Below are positions 1 through 8,103 of a stretch of DNA of 64,000 bases, piece by piece (position 1 is the first letter of the stretch; each line of letters starts with the position of its first letter). The DNA is from an uncultured bacterium (GTDB taxonomy: Bacteria > Desulfobacterota_D > UBA1144 > Nemesobacterales > UBA2774). Position numbers and translations under genes: made by a program. Where the stretch lies: positions 640,001-704,000 of the forward strand of contig CAVPJU010000010.1 in assembly GCA_963705505.1 (NCBI GenBank), in the 5' to 3' direction. The notes beneath the pieces are model-generated. The model was given only the letters and a program-made list of their open reading frames with translations, was not told the origin of the DNA and did no database searches.

Positions 1-2
1 GG

Positions 3-551
3 AACGAGCAGGCGCTTAATGAAATCCTGAGACGCTACAGAGACAGGATATACAGGACCGCTCTAAAAGTTACGAACAACCATAACGACGCCGAGGATGT
101 AGTTCAGGAGGTTTCGCTGACGATTTACAGAAAGGCGCATACCTTCCGCACGGATTCCAAGTTCTCGACCTGGCTATACAGGCTCGTCACAAACGAAGCC
201 ATCTCGAGACTGAGAAAAATTAGAAGAGAAAGAACCGTCTCGCTCGACGATTATATGCCCAGGTTCGACGATGACGGTCACCATGCCGAAAGACCTGTAG
301 TCGACTGGTCGCAGGAGGTGGAGAAAAAGGTAGCCGTGAGGGAGATACAGTCCATTATAGAACGGGCAATGCAGGAGCTTACGCCCATCGACAGGACCGT
401 AGTGGTACTGAGCGAAATAGAGGAGCTGACGAATCCGGAGATCGGAAAGGTGCTCGGCCTGAGCGTACTGGCAGTGAAAGGGAGACTCCACAGGGCGCGA
501 CTTTTTCTCCGTGCAAAACTGGCGGTCCAGCTGGGATATTCAGCAGCTTAA
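3..551 (+). CDS. ECF RNA polymerase sigma-70 factor (5' end outside the window)
   Basis: The frame is open from base 3 and reads NEQALNEILRRYRDRIYRTALKVTNNHNDAEDVVQEVSLTIYRKAHTFRTDSKFSTWLYRLVTN (region 2: DAEDxxQE, FSTWLYR). It continues into the track ORF 255..551 with region 4 (EIGKVLGLSVLAVKGRLHRAR). Confidence 0.93.
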   Translation, partial: NEQALNEILRRYRDRIYRTALKVTNNHNDAEDVVQEVSLTIYRKAHTFRTDSKFSTWLYRLVTNEAISRLRKIRRERTVSLDDYMPRFDDDGHHAERPVVDWSQEVEKKVAVREIQSIIERAMQELTPIDRTVVVLSEIEELTNPEIGKVLGLSVLAVKGRLHRARLFLRAKLAVQLGYSAA

Positions 552-643
552 TCGGAATTTTTGCTTGATAGCAGGTGCTTACGTAAATAAATATGCTTTA
601 AGCCGCACACCCGATCGGGTCCCGACATATTCTATTAAATTTC

Positions 644-672
644 GGATCCAACCCCTTCTTCCATACGTCTAA
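644..672 (+). promoter_or_regulatory. Putative ECF-sigma promoter GGATCC-N16-CGTCTAA
   Basis: Seen directly about 20 bp before the anti-sigma start. The motif recurs with identical spacing at 954 and 1572. Confidence 0.6.
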
Positions 673-691
673 TCAGGTAAAGAGGAAAGAA

Positions 692-907
692 ATGGCCGGA
701 CGAATAATTCCAAAGAATAAAAGACAGTCTGTTGACACATGCAGGGATGCGACGAGCCTGATACTAGAGTTTCTGCAGGGAGAGCTGAGCCCGGAGACCA
801 ATTCCGAATTCGAGAAGCACCTGCAAGTATGCCCTGATTGTGTAGCGTTTCTGAACACGTACAGAAAAACCATCGAGCTTACCAAGAGGTTTCTCCATAA
901 GCAGTAG
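692..907 (+). CDS. Soluble zinc-binding (ZAS/zf-HC2) anti-sigma factor
   Basis: C-x25-H-x3-C-x2-C (TC...HLQVCPDC), no TM segment, directly downstream of the ECF sigma, SD-like AGAGGA. Confidence 0.9.
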   Translation: MAGRIIPKNKRQSVDTCRDATSLILEFLQGELSPETNSEFEKHLQVCPDCVAFLNTYRKTIELTKRFLHKQ

Positions 908-953
908 GCATTCCCCGGTATTCTCAAAAGACATCCCGCAAATTAAAAAAAAT

Positions 954-982
954 GGATCCCTTTTCGTATTCCCAGCGTATAA
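954..982 (+). promoter_or_regulatory. Putative ECF-sigma promoter GGATCC-N16-CGTATAA
   Basis: Second copy of the motif, about 40 bp before the ATG at 1024. Confidence 0.6.
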
Positions 983-1023
983 ATATCTATAGTTCTAAAA
1001 AATCCAATAAGGAGGTATTTAAA

Positions 1024-1378
1024 ATGCAAAGATTGAGATTACTTGCATTTTCGTTAATAATAGCAGTAAGTTTCGCCAGTCTTTTTACGGCACGGTCTTT
1101 TGCCGCTGACGCGGGCACAAAGACGATTACGGGGACCATAATCTGTTTGATACCCGATTATAAGAAAGGCACTGTTACGCCTGTAATTGCAACGGGTCCC
1201 TGTAACAGCTTACCCCCACATCAGCACATCCTCGTGACGAAGGAAGGAACCGTTTATACCCTTCAGGGTCTTCAGGAGGGCTTGATGAAGGTCGTCCATG
1301 ATGCCCAAGAGGACCAATGTAACTATGACCGGGAAGGTAGAGGGCAATAATTACGGCTGGGTTCTATTTGTAGATTAG
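1024..1378 (+). CDS. Secreted hypothetical protein with a Cys pair (one +1 frameshift near 1291-1297)
   Basis: TAAGGAGG SD before ATG 1024 and a signal peptide ending SFA-ADA. The +1 frame from 1298 reads MMPKRTNVTMTGKVEGNNYGWVLFVD*, a more plausible beta-strand C-terminus than the track ORF end at 1350. Confidence 0.7.
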
Positions 1379-1390
1379 ATAACGTTTTTT

Positions 1391-1415
1391 GGGGAGAGAT
1401 TCGAAATCTCTCCCC
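1391..1415 (+). terminator. Strong stem-loop, probable terminator
   Basis: GGGGAGAGATT-CGA-AATCTCTCCCC, an 11-bp perfect stem just after the stop at 1378. The U-tail is weak. Confidence 0.5.
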
Positions 1416-1571
1416 GAAATTATCCTCTTTTATTTAACGTTTATAGCCCTCCCGCCGGGCAATGACTTTAATCCAGGCAAAAGTATTTTTAACCTTCTAA
1501 AGCAACAAACCGAAGCAAAAACTAACGAGCCGATCGACTCGTTAAATGCACCACTTATATACCGCGCAAAT

Positions 1572-1600
1572 TAATCCAATGGACTCCGGACGTCGTCTAA
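1572..1600 (+). promoter_or_regulatory. Putative ECF-sigma promoter TAATCC-N16-CGTCTAA
   Basis: Third copy of the motif, 50 bp before the ATG at 1651. Confidence 0.55.
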
Positions 1601-1650
1601 ATTAAATTAATGCACGCAAGAAGGTATGATAATGTTTCGGGTGCTGAATA

Positions 1651-4281
1651 ATGTTTGCGCAACAACTGAGAGACTGGGCCCATACGCAGCCTGATAAAAT
1701 CGCATTACAGTCGAGAAATAAAGAAGGCTCCTATTCCAGAGTCACCTTCAAGGAATTATACCGAAGATGCCTTGAGTCGGAATCGAAACTCGCTGACATG
1801 GGATTCCGCGCCGGAGACCATATCGCGCTCTATGGAGAGAACTCCATAGATTGGGTCGTCTCCTACATTTCCATACACTTCTTGGGAGCTTCCGTCATAC
1901 CGCTCGATGCGCTTTTCAGTCCCCGTGATATTTTGAATTTTCTCGACTTCTCGGAAGCCAAGGCCATATTAACAGACCTATCTCATATCGATAAACTTAA
2001 AGAAGAATTAGCCTCTAAAGATTCCGATATCAGAGTAATCCCGATGGAATCAATTATCGCTGAACCCGCCGGGAACAGACTGATCGAGCCCCGTATCCCG
2101 AACCCGGATGATTTAATAGCGATATTATTCACGTCCGGCACAACGGGCACTCCGAAAGGCGTACAGCTATCAAATGAAAACGTGTTCAGCACCGTAAAGG
2201 CAATATTAAAATCAGTCGATGTCTCAAAAAGCGATAACATTTTGAACATACTCCCGCTCCACCACGGGTATTCGTCGATCGTAGCGTTGATTTCCCCGCT
2301 CTCCGCCGGCGCAACCGTGACTTTCTCGGAATCAATTAAAAGCTCAGACCTTTTGGCTGCCGTCAGAGAAACGCAAGTTACGGTATTCCCCGGAGTACCG
2401 AGGTTATTCGAGCTTCTCCACAATGAGATCGATAAGAGGGTAAGCCGGCTGCCGTTACTCCAGAAGCTCATATTTAGAGCTCTCTTTAAAATTTCGGAAA
2501 TCAATTGGAAAACGCTCAACATAAGGCTCGGCAAGATATTTTTTGCAAAGATTCATGAACCGTTCGGAGGACAGTTCCGTTTTTTTACGTCCGGAGGGGC
2601 AAAGCTCGACCCGAAAATATCGAGCGACTTCCTTACCCTCGGCTTCGGCATGGCGGAAGGGTACGGACTTACGGAGACTTCGGCTGTTTCAACGCTGACC
2701 TCTCCGGACAGGCCCGTGCCGGGGAGCGCAGGAAAACCACTTCCCGGAGTCGAAATCAGAATCGATAACCCGGATGCATCCGGTGTAGGCGAGATCTGTA
2801 TAAAGGGGCCGAATATTACCACCGGGTATTACAAAAACGAGCCCGCCACGCGTGAGCTCATTAGAGACGGATGGCTCTACTCGGGAGATCTGGGGAAAAT
2901 CGATCGAGACGGAAACGTATATATAACCGGCAGGGCGAAAGAGGTCATAGTGCTTCCTTCGGGGAAAAACATATACCCTGAGGACGTCGAAAGCCTGTAT
3001 AAAGAGGGCCCTCTCATCGATGAGCTCTGCGTCCTGGCTTTGAAGTCGGGCACCGGAAACACAACCGGACTCCGTATGATAGTAGTGCCGGACATGAAAG
3101 AAATCAAAGAAAGAGGCATATACGATATCAATGAAAGGATACGCTCTGCGATCTCAATGACCGGTTCGAGCCTGCCGTCTTACATGCAGGTATCGGACGT
3201 GCTCATATATAACGGCGAGCTGCCCAAGACAAGGCTGGGCAAATTCAAAAGAAACGAAATCGAAGCGATCGCGAACGAGCTGAAGACAGGGGAAGGACCC
3301 AGGGAAAAGGTATTGAGCCCCGAAGGCAGAGAGCTCGTGCAAAGGCCGGAATCTGTAATATTCTTGAAACGCTTCTCAGAAATAACAGACCTGGAAGGAC
3401 CCTTTACTCCCGGCGATGACCTCACTCTTGACCTGGGGCTCGATTCCCTGATGCTCGTTCAGATTCTGACGTTACTGGAGATGGAGTTCGGAGTATTGAT
3501 ACCGGAAGGAGAGATTCCCGAGCTCCGCACGATCGGTGATATTCTCGGAAAATTACCCGAAACACACCGGGCTGAAACCGAAGGGGAAGTATCATTAAAA
3601 GAAGGGAGAGAGACCGAATCGTTGGATGAAATCTTTAATTTAAAAAGGGGAATCGTTAAAAAAATTTTAATGAGGGCCTTTCAGTTAATTGTCAGGGTAA
3701 TCGTGCTGATCGCGTTCAGGGCAGAAATCAGAGACATCGGCAAGATGCCTGCCGATACGCCCATATTGATATGCCCTAATCACCAGAGCCTCATCGACCC
3801 TATACTCGTATTTGCCCTCCTCCCCGGCCGGATGCTCGATAGACTCCTGTTCACGGGATTCGGGGAGTATTTCAGCAGCGCGCCCCTGTCCTGGATCGTT
3901 CGTCCCATGAGGATAATACTGACAGGGACAGCAAGGACGTACGGGGAATCCCTGAGACTCGCATCTCAGGGACTGAGGCGGGGCATGGCCGTGTGTATCT
4001 TTCCCGAAGGCGAGCGGACGAGTACCGGAAATGTGATGAGTCCGAGGATAGGCACGGGATTACTGAGCGTGGAAACGGATACCCGGATAGTTCCTATCCA
4101 CATCGACGGAGCTGCAAAAACCCTCTCTCCTCTCCACCCGGGGCTGAGATTCCCCAGAGTGTCCCTGACCGTAATGGACCCGATCGAGCCTGCCGGAGTC
4201 GGCGAAAATCCTAAAGACTCGTATAAAATGACGGTCGATAAATGGTTTAACGCCATGAAGAAAATTGAGGGAAACAGCTGA
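1651..4281 (+). CDS. Long-chain acyl-AMP/CoA ligase - acyl carrier (PP-binding) - PlsC-type acyltransferase fusion (Aas-like)
   Basis: AMP-binding motifs FTSGTTGTPKGV, EGYGLTE and SGDLG; carrier motif LGLDSL; acyltransferase motifs NHQSLID (HxxxxD) and FPEGER. Confidence 0.9.
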   Translation: MFAQQLRDWAHTQPDKIALQSRNKEGSYSRVTFKELYRRCLESESKLADMGFRAGDHIALYGENSIDWVVSYISIHFLGASVIPLDALFSPRDILNFLDFSEAKAILTDLSHIDKLKEELASKDSDIRVIPMESIIAEPAGNRLIEPRIPNPDDLIAILFTSGTTGTPKGVQLSNENVFSTVKAILKSVDVSKSDNILNILPLHHGYSSIVALISPLSAGATVTFSESIKSSDLLAAVRETQVTVFPGVPRLFELLHNEIDKRVSRLPLLQKLIFRALFKISEINWKTLNIRLGKIFFAKIHEPFGGQFRFFTSGGAKLDPKISSDFLTLGFGMAEGYGLTETSAVSTLTSPDRPVPGSAGKPLPGVEIRIDNPDASGVGEICIKGPNITTGYYKNEPATRELIRDGWLYSGDLGKIDRDGNVYITGRAKEVIVLPSGKNIYPEDVESLYKEGPLIDELCVLALKSGTGNTTGLRMIVVPDMKEIKERGIYDINERIRSAISMTGSSLPSYMQVSDVLIYNGELPKTRLGKFKRNEIEAIANELKTGEGPREKVLSPEGRELVQRPESVIFLKRFSEITDLEGPFTPGDDLTLDLGLDSLMLVQILTLLEMEFGVLIPEGEIPELRTIGDILGKLPETHRAETEGEVSLKEGRETESLDEIFNLKRGIVKKILMRAFQLIVRVIVLIAFRAEIRDIGKMPADTPILICPNHQSLIDPILVFALLPGRMLDRLLFTGFGEYFSSAPLSWIVRPMRIILTGTARTYGESLRLASQGLRRGMAVCIFPEGERTSTGNVMSPRIGTGLLSVETDTRIVPIHIDGAAKTLSPLHPGLRFPRVSLTVMDPIEPAGVGENPKDSYKMTVDKWFNAMKKIEGNS

Positions 4282-4541
4282 AATTTCCCGACCCCCGGGA
4301 TCATTCCGGCTGATACGTTCCGCGGCCTTCCCATCTCCGAGTATTTTTTGATTGATTTACACCGGATTACCCGGCAAAATTACTCGGAACGGGCAAATGG
4401 GTCCCTGCCCTTGTGGTTTACGTTCCAAAACCAGAAAAACTAAATCGCAGTCATATACCGGGTATCGTTATGAAGGAAATGTTACAAGCGATGACCCGGC
4501 TTATGCCGGGATGCCTATAGACCCTTTTCGGGATTATTGCA

Positions 4542-6252
4542 ATGCAAAGCCTTACAGCAGAAAACATTATGGTGTTTTTTCTCTCGCTCGGCTTATTGCT
4601 CGGCGTGGCACGGGTGCTGGGCGAGTTGGCTCAGAAGCTCCATCAGCCGGCCGTATTGGGAGAGCTCCTCGCCGGCGTGATACTGGGCCCGACGGTTCTC
4701 GGAAGCCTGGCTCCCGAGGCGAGCGCTTTTTTATTCCCTCAGGAAGGTCCGAATTCCATTGCCCTTAACGCAATCACAACCCTTGCCGTTACCCTGTTAA
4801 TGCTTGTGGCGGGAATGGAGGTCGACCTCTCCACCATTTGGAGGCAAGGTAGAATCGGTTTCAAGGTCGGTACCGCCGGTATGATAATCCCGTTTTTTTT
4901 GGGGTTAGCAGCGGCATGGCTTGCTCCCCAGGCTCTCGGCCGTGACGTTGATGCCGACCCGTTGGTATTCAGTCTCTTTTTCGCGACGGCCTTATCCATT
5001 TCGGCTCTTCCTGTAATTGCCAAGACGCTTATGGATCTTGATCTTTACAGGAGCGATTTCGGTATGGTGGTTGTGAGCGCCGCTATTTTAAACGACCTTA
5101 TAGGGTGGATAATCTTCGCCATAATCCTGGGTCTTATAGGCGCTGAGTCAGGCCATTCGAACAATATCCTGTTTACGATCACGCTTACCCTCGCGTTCGC
5201 CGGAGTCATGCTCACCGTTGGACGCTCGCTCATTCACAGGACACTTCCTTTTCTTCAGGCTTATACGCGATGGCCGGGCGGGGTGCTCAGCTTCGCGCTG
5301 ATCCTGGCGCTCCTCGGAGCCGCGTTTACCGAATGGATCGGAATTCACGCTATATTCGGTTCTTTCATCGTTGGAGTAGCAGTGGGCGATTCTTCGCATT
5401 TGCGCGAGCGTACGAGGGTAATTATCGATCAGTTTGTCTCATTCATATTCGCGCCGGTATTCTTTGCGAGTATAGGACTGAAAGTAAATTTCATAACACA
5501 CTTCGATCTTGTGCCGGTATTGACAGTCCTGCTCATCGCATGCGTATGCAAACTCGCAGGCGGCACACTGGGGGCCAGGTGGGGCGGAATGCCGCGTCGC
5601 GAATCCTGGGCCGTGGGTTTTGCGATGAACTCCAGAGGGGCGATCGAGATCGTCCTCGGCCTCCTGGCTCTTCAGGCGGGCATAATCCGTAACCGCCTTT
5701 TCGTGGCCCTCGTCATCATGGCTATCGTCACATCAATGATGAGCGGTCCGGCGATGCGGATTATCCTCCGGCTGGGCAAGAAGCGCAGGCTCCAGGACGC
5801 TCTATCCTCGAGGCTCTTCACACGAGAGCTGCAGGCCTTCTCAAGCCGTATGGCAATACACGAGCTGACGACGATGGCATGTGAAGCGGCGGGTCTCAAC
5901 GCTGGCGAGGTCGAAGCAGCTGTCTGGGAGCGCGAAGAAACGCTGCCCACCGGCATCGGATACGGGATAGCACTCCCTCACGCCCGTATCGAAGGCATTA
6001 CGCAAGCCCATAGTGACGATCGGATTTTCCGATTCGGGGATCGACTTCGACGCGCCCGACGAAAAGCCGGCATACATAATATTCCTGATACTCACTCCCG
6101 TGGACGACCCGGATTCGCAGCTTGAAATCACCGCGGAGCTGGCAAAGCTCTTCCGCGAGAACGGGATGACGGAACGGGTGCTGAAGACAAAGAGCTTTAC
6201 GGAATTTCTTGCGCTCGTGAGGAGCTCCCCGGCAGAGACCGAACAGGCATAA
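4542..6252 (+). CDS. CPA2 cation:H+ antiporter fused to a C-terminal PTS EIIA domain (+1 frameshift near 6003)
   Basis: Multi-TM Na/H exchanger motifs (GELLAGVILGP, SISALPV, LND, PVFF, NSRG). The EIIA motif TGIGYGIALPHAR continues in the +1 frame as KPIVTIGFSDSGIDFDAPDEKP. Confidence 0.85.
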
Positions 6253-6721
6253 TCAATTTATATCCTGCGCCGCGAAAAGAGCCATGGCCATTCAGGTTGT
6301 GTTACCAGACCCTTGCAGCATCTCTGTAAAAGAGGATATGGAGAAAAGCCCCGATATACAGGAGTCTGACAGTCTTTCTCCTCTTCCCGGACTGAGACAC
6401 ACCCGTTGCTGTCAGGAGCCATCCGAATCTGTCTACCGTTGCGACCGAACAAGTCGTTATGCAGAATAGAATAAGAAACGGGTCCTTCAGCTTGGACGTC
6501 TCTATTTTCGAGGGTTATTAAAAATAACATTGCAAATAGAGGATATTATTCCCACGTTTAATACAATCATTTCGCAGCCTGACTCTCTTTTATCTCTTTC
6601 CGCTTCTTGGTTTGCTCCATCGCCATCTCGTAAGCGACATAATATTTATAAATATTTCCCACGTATGTTACCGTCTCCCTGTAACAGGAATTAATGACGA
6701 GCAATTAGCCCATTACGAGTA

Positions 6722-6949
6722 TCATTTATGACTTTCCCCGATTATATAACCTGTGAGCGCACCGGCACCCGCGCCTACCGCGGTCCCTACCCAGAGGTTC
6801 CCGCCCGATAGCGCGGCTATGCCCAGCCCGGCCCCGGCGCCTATTGCACCCCCGCTCACCGTGCGCTGCTGCGTCTCGGACATCCCTGCGCACCCCGCGA
6901 TGGGGAGAATTATTGAAGCCACAGCTATCAAATATTTAATCTTTTTCAT
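6722..6949 (-). CDS. Glycine-zipper lipoprotein
   Basis: Lipobox IAG-C, two glycine-zipper segments (GGAIGAGAG, GTAVGAGAGALTG), AAGGAG SD. Confidence 0.85.
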   Translation of the reverse strand: MKKIKYLIAVASIILPIAGCAGMSETQQRTVSGGAIGAGAGLGIAALSGGNLWVGTAVGAGAGALTGYIIGESHK

Positions 6950-6980
6950 TGTCGATCTCCTTTTTTGAACTCATGTCAGA

Positions 6981-7424
6981 TTATTTCAATGGCTTGCCGG
7001 CTATCCCTGTTTTGATGTTTGGTTTCACCATCGTATCCCATATGACCATCATCACAGGCGTGCCGGTCTTGTCCGGATTATCCGCATAGAATTTATCGAC
7101 GGCGGCGACGACCTGGCTCATCGTCATCGGAGAATTTGAAGCCGCTTCGACTACCTTCGCCACGAACGTGTCCCGCTTTTGATCTGGATACTTCTCCATT
7201 ATCACCTCTTCGATAGTCACCACGTGACCCGCTCCCCAGACGAACGCAACCTTGGAATTCTCGTCCATGGTTACCCACTGGTCCCCTTTAAGGACGGGCA
7301 TCTCCCTCTCGACTGCCTGCGGGATTGTCTCCTCCGCAGACGCTCCGAGAATGGGGGCCGCAATGGCAACTTGAAACAATGCGAATACAAGCATTGTAGA
7401 TACATTCAACATCTTCATGGTCAT
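6981..7424 (-). CDS. Exported hypothetical protein
   Basis: GAGGAGGT SD, N-terminal signal peptide, 147-aa ORF co-oriented with the lipoprotein gene. Confidence 0.75.
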   Translation of the reverse strand: MTMKMLNVSTMLVFALFQVAIAAPILGASAEETIPQAVEREMPVLKGDQWVTMDENSKVAFVWGAGHVVTIEEVIMEKYPDQKRDTFVAKVVEAASNSPMTMSQVVAAVDKFYADNPDKTGTPVMMVIWDTMVKPNIKTGIAGKPLK

Positions 7425-8103
7425 ACCTCCTCGTTTATTTAATAAGTTTTTTCGATGCCGTCAGATTTTGGTTATTTGCAATATTACGAAGTAACAGGAG
7501 GAAGCAGGAGCGAGTAAAAGATGCGTATCACAGGAAAACCTCTAATCGGCTGTAGCTTGATCGTCAGCGGCTTACGTTTAATCCTAACTGCGCAAGGCTC
7601 CGCTATGACAGGCAATGCCTGCTGCTCCTCTTTGTCTTAATTAACTTACTCACCCCCCCTGATATTCAGTTAATCGACAATCAACCTATTGTTATAGATT
7701 CCCCGTACCCGATCCTTACTCTTCAGAAGTAATACAATTCCATTCTAGCATGTTTGCTTTACCCTGTGAATAATTATTTTAGTATTATAACGAAAATGGT
7801 AACTATTTGTTATCATTGTTGATTGTTGTTAAACATGTGCCTTCCCTCGTATTCCCTGTACTATTGCCCGCCGTGGGGCTATATATAAGGAGGAATATCG
7901 AGATGCAATCGTGTTTGCAAGATGGTAAAAAAAGAGAGAGAGTATTATTTCCGACTATTAACCGGGGGGAGAAAATATGTACGAATCCTAACAGGCATAG
8001 AGCACTCTTACACACATGGATATAACCTGTTGATTATATGATTGTTTTACCTGAAACTTAAACGTCCCGGTATAGCAGCGGTGAAGATTTAAAGGAGACT
8101 CGG

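Noticed and set aside
6258..6530. Overlapping small ORFs 6284..6469 (+) and 6258..6530 (-)
   Set aside because: No recognisable motif or convincing RBS; cannot be supported.
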